NCBI GenBank assembly: GCA_035710225.1
Contig: DASTDT010000080.1
Span: 1 to 48,982 of the forward strand
Direction: 5' to 3'
DNA length: 48,982 nt
Origin: Sphingomicrobium sp.
Lineage (GTDB): Bacteria; Pseudomonadota; Alphaproteobacteria; Sphingomonadales; Sphingomonadaceae
The position numbers were made by a program, and so were the translations under genes. The notes beneath the pieces were generated by a model. That model did no database searches, was not told the DNA's origin, and worked only from the letters and a program-made list of their open reading frames with translations. This document shows, piece by piece, positions 1-13,040 of this stretch. Each line of letters begins with the position of its first letter. Position 1 is the first letter of the stretch.

Positions 1-34
1 ATCAAGTCGCTGCAATTGTGGCGCTAGGCCGGTC

Positions 35-2783
<2,749 letters not shown>

Positions 2784-2787
<4 letters not shown>

Positions 2788-4436
2788 GCCGCCTCCAACA
2801 ATCGGTCCGCCTGGGCGCGGGCTTCGTCGGTAATGTCGGCCCCCGACAGCATCCGCGCAATCTCCTCCCGGCGCTCGTCGGCGGTAAGCTTGCGCACCGA
2901 CGTGCGCGTTCCGTCCGGGCCGTGCGCCTTTTCGATCCGGTAATGGTGGGCGGCGCGCGCCGCTACCTGGGGCGAGTGGGTGACGACCAACAGCTGGCCG
3001 CGCTGCGCAAGACGCGCCAGGCGTTCACCGATGGCACTTGCCACCGCTCCGCCGACCCCACGGTCGATCTCGTCGAAGATCATCGTCGCCGCTCCGCCTT
3101 CTTCGGCCAGGGCGACCTTCAAGGCGAGGATGAAGCGCGACAATTCGCCGCCGCTCGCAATGCGGGTGAGCGGTCCGAACGGCGCGCCGGGATTGGTCGA
3201 GACCTCGAACTCAGCGCGGTCCGCACCGGACGGACCGGGCTCCGCCGGCGCAAGCGCCGTCCGGAAGCGGGCCGAATCGAGTTTCAGCGGCGAAAGCTCC
3301 GCCGCCACCGCCAGGTCGAGCTTCGCGGCGGCGTCGCGGCGCCGCGCGGCGAGTTCGCAAGCGAGCGAATCGTAGCCGGCGCGCGCTTCTTCGAGCGCCC
3401 TTTCCAGCCCGGCGATGCGCTCGCCGCCCGCCTCGATCAGCGCAAGCTTGGCGCGCAGCTCGTCACCCAAGGCCGCAAGCGAATCCGCCTCGACCCGGTG
3501 CTTGCGCGCCAAGGCGCGGATGTCGAACAGCCGGGTCTCGACCGCTTCCAGCCGCGCCGGGTCGAAGGCCAGCGCGTCGGCGGCGCGGGCAATCCGGTCC
3601 TCGGCTTCGCTGGCCTCGATCAGTGCCCGGTCGAGCCCGGCCAGCGCCTCGGCCAGCAAGGGATGGTCGGACGCTCCGCGCTCGATCCGCCGCGCCGCCT
3701 GGCGAAGCAGGGACAGCGCACCATCGCTCCCGGACAGCAATTCGTCGAGGCCAGACAGCGATTCCCCGGCCTTGGCCCCGGCCTGCATCGCCGCGCGCTG
3801 CGCCGCCAATTCGCTTTCCTCGCCCGGCAAGGGCGCGAGCGCCGCGATTTCCGTGGCCGAAAAGTCGAGCCATTCCCGGTCGCGGGCCGCCGCCTCGGCC
3901 TCGGCCCTGGCCCGCGCAAGCTCGTCCTCGATCCGCTGCACCTCGGTCCACGCCGCCGCGGCCGGACCGCAGTCGATCCGCCCGAACGCGTCGAGCAGGG
4001 CGCGGTGGCCTCTGGGATTGAGAAGGCCGCGGTCGTCGTGCTGGCCGTGGATTTCGACCAGCCCGGCGGCAAGATCGCGAAGAATGGCGGCGTTGACACC
4101 TGCCCCGCCGGCAAAGGCGCGGCTGCCGCCGTCGGCCTTCAAGGTCCGGCGGACGATCAGCGGCTCGCCAGGATCGAGGTCGACGCCCTGTTCGGATAAT
4201 AACGCAAGCGCCGGATTGCCGGCGCCAAGTTCGAACTCGGCGGCGACCGCCGCCTGCGCCTCGCCGGGCCGGACCAGGCCGGTGTCCGCGCGCATCCCAA
4301 GCGCGAGCCCGAGGCTGTCGAGCAGGATCGACTTGCCGGCGCCGGTTTCCCCGGTCAGCACGCCCAGGCCCGGCTCGAACTCGAGGGTGAGCCGGTCGAT
4401 CAGCACGACATTGTGGATCGACAGCTGCCTCAGCAC
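2784..4436 (-). CDS. recN: DNA repair protein RecN
   Basis: Walker A TGETGAGKS, EIHGQHD Q-loop, long coiled coil, SGGELSR signature, FDEID Walker B and VTHSPQVAA. Confidence 0.97.
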
Positions 4437-4460
4437 GGGCCCGCCGCCGCTCTCATTCGC

Positions 4461-5255
4461 CTAGCTTTGCGGTGTGGCCTGCGGGACGTGCCGCTGGATC
4501 AGCCGGTAGCTGCGATGATACCATTCGCTGCCCGGATAATTGCGGCCGAGCACCGCCGCCGCCTTCTGCGCCTCGGACGGGATGCCGAGCGCGAGATAGG
4601 ATTCGACCAGCCGCTCGAGCGCCTCGGGCGTGTGGCTGGTGGTCTGGTACTTGTCGATCACGGTGCGGAAGCGGATCGTTGCCGCCAGCCATTTGCCCTG
4701 GCGCTGGTAGAAGCGGCCGATCTCCATCTCCTTGCCGGCGAGATGGTCGTTGATGAGGTCGAGCTTGAGCCGCGCGTCGGAGGCATAGCGGCTGCCTGGG
4801 TAGCGCCGGGTCAGCTCGCCGAACGCATCGGCCGCCTGCTGGGTGATCTTCTGGTCGCGGCGCACGTCCTCGATCTGCTGATAATAGGACATGGCGATGA
4901 GATAATGGGCGTAGGGCGCGTCCTTGTTGCCCGGGTGGATCGTCAGGAACCGCCGGGCCGAGGAGATGGCGTCCGGATATTGCTGGGCCATGTAATAGGA
5001 AAAGGCGCTCATCATCTGCGCCCGCCGGGCCCACACCGAATAAGGATGCTGGCGCTCGACCTCGTCGAACATCTTGGCGGCAAGCACGTAATTGCCCTGG
5101 TCAAGGTAGCGCTTGGCGAGGCTGTAGAGCGTGTTGACGTCGCGCGCGACGTAGCCGGTGTCGCTGGTCTTGCCGCTGTTGCGGGCGCAGCCGACGGCCG
5201 GGAGGACGAGCGCGGCGGCGATGAGCGGAAAGGCGATACGCTTCAAATTCGGCAT
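4461..5255 (-). CDS. bamD: Outer membrane protein assembly factor BamD (lipoprotein)
   Basis: Start re-assigned to MPNLKR (ATG at 5255). Lipobox AVGC, TPR motifs EVERQHPYSVWA and LAGKEMEIGRFY. Conserved bamD-recN-ligA synteny. Confidence 0.95.
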   Translation of the reverse strand: MPNLKRIAFPLIAAALVLPAVGCARNSGKTSDTGYVARDVNTLYSLAKRYLDQGNYVLAAKMFDEVERQHPYSVWARRAQMMSAFSYYMAQQYPDAISSARRFLTIHPGNKDAPYAHYLIAMSYYQQIEDVRRDQKITQQAADAFGELTRRYPGSRYASDARLKLDLINDHLAGKEMEIGRFYQRQGKWLAATIRFRTVIDKYQTTSHTPEALERLVESYLALGIPSEAQKAAAVLGRNYPGSEWYHRSYRLIQRHVPQATPQS

Positions 5256-5337
5256 GGGGGACCTTCTAGCGTGGGGCTGGCATGACGCCAAGCGCCGTAA
5301 TTGCTGATGCGCTGCTGAACGCGGGATTGCCGAAGCT

Positions 5338-6294
5338 TCAATGCGCCTCTGCCGCCCGGCTGGCGGGATCGTGATCGTCGCCGCGAACGAAGCTGTCGGG
5401 CGTGACCCCAAGCCACACCAGGATCGGCGCCGAGATGTAGATCGAGGAATAGGTGCCGATGAAGGTGCCGAGGAGCACCGCCAGAGTGAGGCCGAAGATG
5501 ACGTCGGGGCCAAGGGCCAGCAGCACGGCCAGCGCGATCATGATCGACAGCGACGTCACAACCGTCCGGCTGAGAGTCTCGTTCAACGACAGGTTGAGCA
5601 GCGGGATCATCGCCATCTTGCGGAACTTGCGCAGATTCTCGCGGATCCGGTCGTAGATGACGACCGTGTCGTTGAGCGAATAGCCGACGATGGCGAGGAA
5701 GGCGGCGACGATGTTGAGGTCGACCTGGAGCTGGGTGACCGCAAAGAAGCCGAGCACCACCGACACGTCGTGGAACAGCGTCACCAAAGCGCCGACCCCG
5801 AACTGCCATTCGAAGCGGATCCAGATGTAGATGGCGATGCCGAGCATGGCGAGCGTGATGGCCAGCGCGCCGTCCCACGCCAGCTCCTCGCTGACCTTGC
5901 CCGAAACCGATTCTCCGGCATCGACCCGGGCGCCCGGATATTCGCTTTCGAGCATGGTTCGAAGCTCGGTCACCGCTGCCGCCGCCGCGGTGTCGGGGCC
6001 ATCGGGGCGAGGCAGGCGAATCTGGTAGGTCTTGCTATCTCCAAACTCCTGGATGCTGGCATCGCCGAGGCCGAGCCCGGCGACGTCGGCGCGAAGCTCC
6101 TCGATATCGACCTGGCTCTGGAATTCGGTGCGCACCACCTGCCCGCCGACGAAATCGATGCCGAGGTTGAGGCCCTTGACCGCTACCATAGCCAGCGCGG
6201 CGATGGTCAGCAGGATCGACAGCACCAGCGCGATATTGCGCACGCCCATGAAGTCGATGTTGGTGTTGTCGGGTACCAGTTTGAGAAGGCGCAT
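5338..6294 (-). CDS. secF: Protein translocase subunit SecF
   Basis: GLNLGIDFVGG and GYSLNDTVVIYDRIREN motifs, 6 TM segments. Confidence 0.97.
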   Translation of the reverse strand: MRLLKLVPDNTNIDFMGVRNIALVLSILLTIAALAMVAVKGLNLGIDFVGGQVVRTEFQSQVDIEELRADVAGLGLGDASIQEFGDSKTYQIRLPRPDGPDTAAAAAVTELRTMLESEYPGARVDAGESVSGKVSEELAWDGALAITLAMLGIAIYIWIRFEWQFGVGALVTLFHDVSVVLGFFAVTQLQVDLNIVAAFLAIVGYSLNDTVVIYDRIRENLRKFRKMAMIPLLNLSLNETLSRTVVTSLSIMIALAVLLALGPDVIFGLTLAVLLGTFIGTYSSIYISAPILVWLGVTPDSFVRGDDHDPASRAAEAH

Positions 6295-6306
6295 CCTTAT
6301 GTCCCG

Positions 6307-7899
6307 TCAGATGTGGAGCTGGCGCGGGCGCTTGGCCTTGACCCAGGCGGCGACCAGCATGCGCGTGAAGTTGACCGCGGTGAACACCGAGGTGACGATT
6401 CCGATCATCAGCACGACCGCGAAGCCCCGGATCGGGCCCGAGCCGAAGTAGAACATCAGCACGGCGGCGATGGTGTTGGTGATATTGGCGTCGAAGATCG
6501 CGGTCGACGCTTCCTTGTAGCCGGTTTCGAGCGCGTCGAGCAGTTTTCGCCCGCGCCTCTGCTCTTCACGGATTCGCTCGTTGATCAGCACGTTGGCGTC
6601 GACGGCCGCGCCGATGGTGAGCACGAAGCCGGCGATTCCCGGCAGGGTCAACGCCGCCCCGAACACCGCTAGGCCGGCAAGGATCAGGAGCGCGTTCACC
6701 AGTAGTGCGAGCGTCGCGTAAACGCCGAAGCGGCCATAGGTGACGAGCATGAAGATGATCACCGCCAAAGTCGCGGCGATGCTGGCGATGGTGCCCTTCT
6801 CGATCGAATCGCGGCCCAATTCGGCGCTGACGGTGCGCTCCTCGATGACGTTCAGCTTGACCGGGAGCTTGCCGCTGGCGAGCGCAATGGCGAGCTGATT
6901 TGCGGTCTCGACCGTGAAATTGCCGCTGATCTGGGCCTGGCCACCAAGGATTGGCTCGTTGATGTTGGGGGCCGACAGCACCTTGTCGTCGAGGATGATC
7001 GCGAACGGCTTGTTGACGTTCTCCTGAGTGACCCGGCCGAAGCGACGGGCGCCCGCGTTGTTGAAGGTGATCGAGACCACCGCATTGCCGTCCTGGTCGA
7101 AGCTCTGGGTGGCGTTGACGAGTTGCTCGCCGGTGACCATCGCCCGGCGCTTGACGGCGATCGCGCCGCTGCCGTCGGCCATCGCCAGCACCTGGCTGCC
7201 CGGCGGGGCGCGGCCCTGCGCGACGTCATCGGGCAGCGCTTCCAGATCGACCAGCTTGAACTCCAGCCGGGCGGTCTGGCCGATCAATAACTTCAGCGCA
7301 TCGGGGTCCTCGACCCCCGGCACGGCGACCAGGATCCGGCGCTGGCCCTGGTTGATGACGGTGACTTCCTTGGTCCCGCTGGGGTCGACCCGGCGGCGCA
7401 CGACGTCGCGCGCGACGGTCATCGAATTCTTGAGCGCGGCCTCGGACCCCTGACTGGTCGGGGTCATCACGATCCGGGTGGAATCGACGACTTCGACATC
7501 CCAGTCGCGCTGGCCGGTAAGGCCGGCCGGTTGCGACAAGGCGCGAAGCCGCTCGACCGCGCTGTCGAGCTGGGTCGGGTCGCGGACCATGAACGACAGG
7601 CGCCCGCCGCTGGTCGAGACGTCGCCGATGGCAATCTTCGGCTCGCCCCGGCGAAGCTCGGTGGTGACCTCTTCTTCCTTGGCCTGGAGGCGCTGGCGGG
7701 CGGCGTCGTCGACGTCGGCCTCGAGCAGAAGCTGGCTTCCGCCGGCAAGGTCGAGGCCCAGGCTGATTCGCGGGCTCGGCACCCACGCCGGCCACTTCTC
7801 GACCTCGGCCTTGGGCACCATGCTCGGGATGGCGAGCAGGATGCCGATCACGATGACGGCCCAGATCCCCCAGCTTTTCCAGCGCGGAAAGTCGAGCAT
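6307..7899 (-). CDS. secD: Protein translocase subunit SecD
   Basis: LGLDLAGG, LTLPGIAG and AVDANVLINERIREE motifs. Confidence 0.97.
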   Translation of the reverse strand: MLDFPRWKSWGIWAVIVIGILLAIPSMVPKAEVEKWPAWVPSPRISLGLDLAGGSQLLLEADVDDAARQRLQAKEEEVTTELRRGEPKIAIGDVSTSGGRLSFMVRDPTQLDSAVERLRALSQPAGLTGQRDWDVEVVDSTRIVMTPTSQGSEAALKNSMTVARDVVRRRVDPSGTKEVTVINQGQRRILVAVPGVEDPDALKLLIGQTARLEFKLVDLEALPDDVAQGRAPPGSQVLAMADGSGAIAVKRRAMVTGEQLVNATQSFDQDGNAVVSITFNNAGARRFGRVTQENVNKPFAIILDDKVLSAPNINEPILGGQAQISGNFTVETANQLAIALASGKLPVKLNVIEERTVSAELGRDSIEKGTIASIAATLAVIIFMLVTYGRFGVYATLALLVNALLILAGLAVFGAALTLPGIAGFVLTIGAAVDANVLINERIREEQRRGRKLLDALETGYKEASTAIFDANITNTIAAVLMFYFGSGPIRGFAVVLMIGIVTSVFTAVNFTRMLVAAWVKAKRPRQLHI

Positions 7900-7902
7900 G
7901 TG

Positions 7903-8235
7903 CTAGTCGTTGGCCGGCTTGGCGGTGGGATCGAGCACCGTCGTCAGGGTCGACTTGACGGCCTTGACCTTGACGCTCGGCGCGAGCTCGATCTCGACCT
8001 CATGCTCGTCGACGCGCGTGACCTTGCCAATCAGCCCGCCGCCGGTGACGACCTTGTCGCCCTTCTTGACCGCATCGATCTGCGCGCGGTGCTCTTTCAT
8101 CTTCTTGTTCTGCGGTCGGATCAGCAGGAAATAGAAGACGACGAAGATCAGCAGCAGCGGAAGCATCTGGACGAAGAAGGCGGAGCCGGCGGACGGCGTG
8201 GCCGTGGCGATCAACAAGCTGGGCAAGATGGTCAT
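7903..8235 (-). CDS. yajC: Preprotein translocase subunit YajC
   Basis: FYFLLIRPQNK...KKGDKVVTGGGLIG. Start re-assigned to ATG 8235 because the longer ORF runs into the tRNA. Confidence 0.95.
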   Translation of the reverse strand: MTILPSLLIATATPSAGSAFFVQMLPLLLIFVVFYFLLIRPQNKKMKEHRAQIDAVKKGDKVVTGGGLIGKVTRVDEHEVEIELAPSVKVKAVKSTLTTVLDPTAKPAND

Positions 8236-8264
8236 GATGTAAGGCCGGTTCCTTCGAACGATGA

Positions 8265-8341
8265 TGGTCGGGGCGACAGGATTCGAACCTGCGACCCCCA
8301 CACCCCCAGTGTGATGCGCTACCAGGCTGCGCTACGCCCCG
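8265..8341 (-). tRNA. tRNA-Pro (anticodon GGG)
   Basis: Reverse complement reads CGGGGCGTAGCGCAGCCTGGTAGCGCATCACACTGGGGGTGTGGGGGTCGCAGGTTCGAATCCTGTCGCCCCGACCA: 77 nt, D-loop TGGTA, T-loop GTTCGAATC, encoded CCA. Confidence 0.97.
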
Positions 8342-8377
8342 ACCGTGCTATCCGGCTTGTGCCCGGTAGCGAGGGCG

Positions 8378-8406
8378 CATCTAGTGGGACGGGCGCAGCA
8401 AGGCAA
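8378..8406 (-). promoter_or_regulatory. Probable sigma70 promoter for tRNA-Pro/yajC-secDF
   Basis: Minus strand TTGCCT-N17-TAGATG, about 36 nt upstream of the tRNA 5' end. Confidence 0.55.
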
Positions 8407-8416
8407 GGGAGCGCAC

Positions 8417-9109
8417 ATGGCCCGGCAAAGGCGAAGACGGAAGTCGAGGCTGAGGCTGCGCCACCTGTGGCTGGCGCTCGCCGCCTTGCCGCTCGCCTAT
8501 CTTGCGGCGGCCCTGATCGGCGCGCTGGTTCCAGTCAATCGCCAGTGGAGCGAACCCGCGAACGGAATCACCATCTACCTTGCCGACAACGGCATTCATG
8601 CCGACCTCGTGCTTCCGGTGCGCGCAGCCGGGCTCGACTGGGAGGACGTCCTGTCGCGCGGCGACGTCGCCGCAGTGCCCCCCGGCGCGAAATGGATCGC
8701 ATTCGGGGCGGGCGAGCGGCAGGTCTATCTTGAGACCCCGACCTGGGCCGATCTGACACTTCCGACCGCGCTTCGAGCGCTCACTCGCGGTGAGCGGGTG
8801 ATGCACGTCCAGTGGGTCGCCGACCCCACCTACAGCGCCCGACAGATCCGGGTTCGTCCGGAGGAATATCGCCGCCTTTGGGCCTCGGTCCGAAGCGAGT
8901 TCCGCGACGGCCGGGCCGAGCTCATTGCCCACAAGGGCTACGGCAGCGCCGACGCCTTCTACGTAGGTTACGGCAAGGCGAGCGCGATCCAGACCTGCAA
9001 CCAGTGGGTCGCCGACCGGCTTCGCATCGCCGGCATCGAGACCAGCCTGTGGAGCCCGTTCGTCAACGGGCTGGTGTGGCGGTATCGCAAAGCCGATCAA
9101 AGCACGTAG
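8417..9109 (+). CDS. TIGR02117/DUF2459-like membrane-anchored protein
   Basis: N-terminal [30 protein letters not shown] and TCNQWV motifs. SD GGGAG before ATG 8417. Confidence 0.75.
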   Translation: MARQRRRRKSRLRLRHLWLALAALPLAYLAAALIGALVPVNRQWSEPANGITIYLADNGIHADLVLPVRAAGLDWEDVLSRGDVAAVPPGAKWIAFGAGERQVYLETPTWADLTLPTALRALTRGERVMHVQWVADPTYSARQIRVRPEEYRRLWASVRSEFRDGRAELIAHKGYGSADAFYVGYGKASAIQTCNQWVADRLRIAGIETSLWSPFVNGLVWRYRKADQST

Positions 9110-10395
9110 CGGCTGAGGTCGGCGTTGCGGGCGATCCCGGCCAGTTGCGCGTCGACGAACGCCGAATCGATCCGCACCGTCTCGCCGGCGCGGTCCTCGG
9201 CGCCGAAGCTGACGTCCTCGAGCAGCTTTTCCATCACCGTCTGAAGCCGCCTCGCGCCGATGTTCTCGAGCGCCTCGTTTACCTCGGCGGCAATGCGCGC
9301 CAGCGCCGCGATGCCGTCCTCGGCGAACTCGACCGTCACGTCCTCGGTCTTCAAAAGCGCGCAATATTGCTCGGTCAGGCTGGCCCGCGTGTCGCTTAGG
9401 ATGCGCACGAAGTCAGCTTCCGTCAGCGCCGCCAGCTCGACCCGGATCGGCAGCCGCCCCTGAAGCTCGGGCAGCAGATCGGCCGGCTTGGCAACGTGGA
9501 ACGCGCCGCTGGCGATGAACAGGATGTGGTCGGTCTTGATCGGCCCGTATTTGGTGGCGACCGTCGTCCCCTCGATCAGCGGGAGCAGATCGCGCTGGAC
9601 GCCCTCACGGCTGACCGATCCGCCGCGCACGTCGCTGACCGCGATCTTGTCGATTTCGTCGAGGAAGACGATGCCGTTGGCCTCGGCATCGGCCAAGGCG
9701 ACACGAGTGACGTCGTCCTGGTCGACGCGCTTGTCGGCTTCCTCCTCGGCGAGCTTGAGAAACGCGTCGCGGACCTTCAACTTGCGGCGCTTCTTGGGAA
9801 CGCCGCCCGACAGCTTGCTCATCATTTCGGACAGGTTGATCATTCCCATCCCGCCCTGGCCGGGGATGTCGAACGGCAGCGCCGGCGCTTCGCTGACCTC
9901 GATCTCGATCTCGGCATTGTCGAGGCTGCCGTCGCCAAAGCGGATGCGGAAGCTCTCGCGAGTCGCCTCGCTCGAACCCTTGCCGGTGAGCGCGTCGAGC
10001 AATCGCTCCATCGCCGCCGCCTCGCTCGCCTCCCTGACCGCGTGGCGGCGCCGCTCGCGCTCCAGCCGGACCGCCTCCTCGACGAGGTCGCGGGCGATCT
10101 GCTCGACGTCGCGGCCGACATAGCCGACCTCGGTGAACTTGGTCGCCTCGACCTTGACGAACGGAGCGTCAGCAAGCTTGGCCAGCCGCCGCGAGATCTC
10201 AGTCTTGCCGCAGCCGGTCGGCCCGATCATCAATATGTTCTTGGGAGTCACCTCCTCGCGAAGCTCGGGCGACAGGCGCTGCCGCCGCCAGCGGTTGCGA
10301 AGCGCGACCGCGACCGCCTTCTTGGCGTCGGTCTGGCCGACGATATGCTCGTCGAGGGCGGCGACGATCGCCTTGGGGGTGAGGTCATCGTTCAT
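9097..10395 (-). CDS. hslU: ATP-dependent protease ATPase subunit HslU
   Basis: GPTGCGKTE Walker [21 protein letters not shown] and C-terminal DLSRYVL. Start re-assigned to MNDDLTP (alternative ATG at 10401). Confidence 0.97.
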   Translation of the reverse strand: MNDDLTPKAIVAALDEHIVGQTDAKKAVAVALRNRWRRQRLSPELREEVTPKNILMIGPTGCGKTEISRRLAKLADAPFVKVEATKFTEVGYVGRDVEQIARDLVEEAVRLERERRRHAVREASEAAAMERLLDALTGKGSSEATRESFRIRFGDGSLDNAEIEIEVSEAPALPFDIPGQGGMGMINLSEMMSKLSGGVPKKRRKLKVRDAFLKLAEEEADKRVDQDDVTRVALADAEANGIVFLDEIDKIAVSDVRGGSVSREGVQRDLLPLIEGTTVATKYGPIKTDHILFIASGAFHVAKPADLLPELQGRLPIRVELAALTEADFVRILSDTRASLTEQYCALLKTEDVTVEFAEDGIAALARIAAEVNEALENIGARRLQTVMEKLLEDVSFGAEDRAGETVRIDSAFVDAQLAGIARNADLSRYVL

Positions 10396-10426
10396 CGCCA
10401 TCAGGTCGTGGGCTTGAGGCCGCGTT

Positions 10427-11518
10427 TCAAGCGGTGCAGCGAAGCCCGCCGAACAGCCGTTGATGGCGGGCGATGATCCGGGCGATCGAATCCGGCTGCG
10501 GGGTCGGATCCCACTCGCCGCGCTCGAACGTCCCGCCGAGCAGGATCCCGTCGTTCCTCGGGAACATGTAGCCGGCCGTTCCGGCGAAGGCATATTGGAC
10601 CTCGTGCTGCGGCGCGAGCACGGCAAGCTGGCCGCGCACGGGGATCATTTCAGAATCGCCCACCAAAGCCCGCGCGCCGATGCCGGTGCAGTTCACAATC
10701 GTCGCCTCGGGCAACGCGGCGAGGTCGGCAATAGTCTCGAACCGGCGCATCTGGATCGCCGAGCCGCCACGCAGCACTTCGCTCGCCAATTGCGCCATGA
10801 AACGCGGGGTCTCGACGTACATGGTGTTGAACGCGATGGCATTGTCGATCGGGAATGGATGCTGGTCACGGCGCAGCGTTCGGCCGGTCGGGTAATAGAC
10901 ATCCATCCAATCGCCACGCAGCACCGGATTTCGCGATTCCTCGTAAGTCGGCAGCCAGCGAATTCCGTAATGCTCGCCGACCAGTCCCTGGAACCGCTTC
11001 CAGCTATAGGCCATCGCCGCCTGGAACTGCGCGCGCCAGGCCGGCGTCACCATGTCCTCGCTGTAATGACCGAACGGCGAGACCTGGCCGCCCGCCACTG
11101 CCGAAGTCGTGTCGGGCGGAAGCGCGGCGGTGTAGATGGTGACCTTCCGCCCCGCCTCCTGCAGCAGTCGCGCGGTGGTGAGGCCCATCACCCCCGCGCC
11201 GATCACCGCCACCGGCCCGCTGGTGCCGGCCAGCGCCAGATCGGCGGCGAGGCGCGAGCTTCCCCAGCTCAGGGTGATGCCGGCGCCGCCGTGCCCGTAA
11301 TTGTGAACGAGCGCCTTGTCGCCAAGCGGCTCGCGGCGGACGACGAAGCCCGCCGCGCGATAGGGGCGCAGGCCCGCGACGGTGCGGATCACCCGGGCGG
11401 GATCGACATTGACCGGCGGCAATGGGCTGCAACCCGGCGCGGTGCGGACCGTCGCGCAGCCGCCGAGCAAGGCGGCCGACCCGGCGGCGACGAAATGGCG
11501 GCGGTCGAGTAGCAACAC
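10427..11518 (-). CDS. FAD-dependent D-amino-acid oxidase-like protein, Tat lipoprotein, circularly permuted
   Basis: DRRHFV twin-arginine motif, lipobox LGGC, and DAO motifs [34 protein letters not shown] and GGTF. Confidence 0.85.
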   Translation of the reverse strand: MLLLDRRHFVAAGSAALLGGCATVRTAPGCSPLPPVNVDPARVIRTVAGLRPYRAAGFVVRREPLGDKALVHNYGHGGAGITLSWGSSRLAADLALAGTSGPVAVIGAGVMGLTTARLLQEAGRKVTIYTAALPPDTTSAVAGGQVSPFGHYSEDMVTPAWRAQFQAAMAYSWKRFQGLVGEHYGIRWLPTYEESRNPVLRGDWMDVYYPTGRTLRRDQHPFPIDNAIAFNTMYVETPRFMAQLASEVLRGGSAIQMRRFETIADLAALPEATIVNCTGIGARALVGDSEMIPVRGQLAVLAPQHEVQYAFAGTAGYMFPRNDGILLGGTFERGEWDPTPQPDSIARIIARHQRLFGGLRCTA

Positions 11519-11536
11519 CCGCCCACCGTGCCGTGT

Positions 11537-12070
11537 TTATTCGACGATTTCCACCGTCAGCCGGTCGTTGGTGAATACGCACACCTCGGCCGCGATTCCC
11601 ATTGCGCGGCGCGCCAGCTTCTCGGGGTCGTCCTCATATTCGTCGAGCGCCCTGGCGGCCGCCAGCGCGTAATTGCCGCCACTGCCGATGGCGACCACCC
11701 CGCCTTCAGGCTCGAGCACGTCGCCATTGCCGGTGATGACCAGCATTACCTCCGCATCGGCGACGATCATCATCGCCTCGAGATTGCGCAGATATTTGTC
11801 GGTGCGCCAATCCTTGGCCAGCTCGACCGCCGCGCGGAGCAATTGCCCGCGGCTCGCCTCGAGCTTCTTCTCCAGCCGTTCGAACAAAGTGAAGGCGTCG
11901 GCGGTCGCGCCCGCGAAGCCGGCAATGACGCTGCCGTCGCCCAGGCGCCGGACCTTCTTGGCGTTGGGCTTGATGACCGTATTGCCCAGGCTGACCTGAC
12001 CGTCGCCGGCGATGATCGTCCGGCCGCCCTTCTTGACCCCGAGGATGGTGGTGCCGTGATACTGCTCCAA
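11537..12070 (-). CDS. hslV: ATP-dependent protease subunit HslV
   Basis: HGTTIL (N-terminal Thr after processing), [23 protein letters not shown] and GSGGNYA. TTG start at 12070 with GGGAG SD. Confidence 0.96.
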   Translation of the reverse strand: MEQYHGTTILGVKKGGRTIIAGDGQVSLGNTVIKPNAKKVRRLGDGSVIAGFAGATADAFTLFERLEKKLEASRGQLLRAAVELAKDWRTDKYLRNLEAMMIVADAEVMLVITGNGDVLEPEGGVVAIGSGGNYALAAARALDEYEDDPEKLARRAMGIAAEVCVFTNDRLTVEIVE

Positions 12071-12098
12071 CGTTCGCTCCCGCTGCTTACATTGGGGA

Positions 12099-12127
12099 AT
12101 GTGGGAGCGGCCGGGGGGCTTGGCAAT
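12099..12127 (-). promoter_or_regulatory. Possible RpoH (sigma32)-type promoter of hslV
   Basis: Minus strand ATTGCC-N16-CCCACAT resembles the alphaproteobacterial CTTGAA-N15/16-CCTATAT consensus and lies upstream of a heat-shock gene. Confidence 0.5.
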
Positions 12128-12132
12128 GCGCC

Positions 12133-12468
12133 CTAGGAGAACAGCCGCTCCCACCAGCCGCGCCGGGCGCGCTTCAGGGCGTCGCGCTCGCGCGATTCGC
12201 AGCGCTCGACGATGTGGATGGCGTCGGCGGTACGGCCATTGGCCTGGTCGAGCTTGCCGGTCTGCGCGTCGGCAAATGCGATCCAGTCGCCGGCGGTGGC
12301 GGCCTCGGGCGGAAGCTCGGCCCCCGCGACGCCGGTTTTCCAGCTAGCGGGCAGCAGCCCGGCGCAATCGGCAGCGCTCGCTGTCACGATAGGCGGCCCG
12401 CCGGCACAGGCCGTCGAGACCAGCGCCAGTGGCATGAGGATCGACAGCCATATCGGCGCCTTGGGCAT
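12133..12468 (-). CDS. Putative o-spanin (Rz1-like outer-membrane lipoprotein)
   Basis: [21 protein letters not shown] lipoprotein signal and two further Cys. Starts 125 nt inside the upstream TM gene in a different frame; last gene of the lysis cassette. Confidence 0.7.
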   Translation of the reverse strand: MPKAPIWLSILMPLALVSTACAGGPPIVTASAADCAGLLPASWKTGVAGAELPPEAATAGDWIAFADAQTGKLDQANGRTADAIHIVERCESRERDALKRARRGWWERLFS

Positions 12469-12724
12469 TGCGGATCTCCTGATGGTTGCGGATGGTGATG
12501 TCGTCGGACCGGCGCTCGCGTTCATTGGCCGCGGCGGCGGTCGCGATCGCGTCGCGCGCGCTGTCGGCGCCGGCATCGCGCTGCGCTCGCTCGACCCGCT
12601 GCTCGGCGGCGATCCTGGCGGAGCGCTTGCACGCCGCCGGGCCGGCCAGCGCAAGAACCAATGCGGCCAACGCCAGCGCCAGCCACGGCGCAAAGCGGCG
12701 GGCGAGGTCAGGAATCCGAATCAT
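12344..12724 (-). CDS. Putative i-spanin (Rz-like inner-membrane protein)
   Basis: GGAG SD before MIRIP. One N-terminal TM, an Ala/Arg/Glu-rich helical periplasmic region and two C-terminal Cys. Confidence 0.7.
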   Translation of the reverse strand: MIRIPDLARRFAPWLALALAALVLALAGPAACKRSARIAAEQRVERAQRDAGADSARDAIATAAAANERERRSDDITIRNHQEIRNAQGADMAVDPHATGAGLDGLCRRAAYRDSERCRLRRAAAR

Positions 12725-13040
12725 GTTCTTCTCCACCCCCGGCCTCGATATGGGCCCCGAACGCGCTGGCCTTGACCGAGCGCCGGTTGATGGCGAGGCC
12801 GAGCGACAGCAGCACCGCGCCGATCACCAGCAGCAGCCCGTAATTGGAGTAGGCTAGGGCATCGAGCGCGCGGGCCCCGAGGGACCGGTCGTCGCGTGCG
12901 AAGGCGACGATCAGCGTAACCAGCCAGGCCGAAAAGCCGGTCAGGACCGCGGCCCCGGCGATCGATCCCCACAAGGCGATCATCGCGCGCCAGTCGCGGC
13001 TGCTCCACAGACGCCCGATGCGTTCGACTTCGATGGTCAT
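12708..13040 (-). CDS. Putative holin (2 TM)
   Basis: 110 aa with two hydrophobic segments and a charged C-tail. ATGA-coupled to the endolysin stop and overlaps the spanin start by 17 nt. The call rests on topology and position only. Confidence 0.55.
   Translation of the reverse strand: MTIEVERIGRLWSSRDWRAMIALWGSIAGAAVLTGFSAWLVTLIVAFARDDRSLGARALDALAYSNYGLLLVIGAVLLSLGLAINRRSVKASAFGAHIEAGGGEEHDSDS

Noticed and set aside
8265-8341. tRNA-Pro as an integration site for an island or prophage
   Set aside because: No integrase is present, I saw no duplicated tRNA 3' end, and yajC follows immediately.
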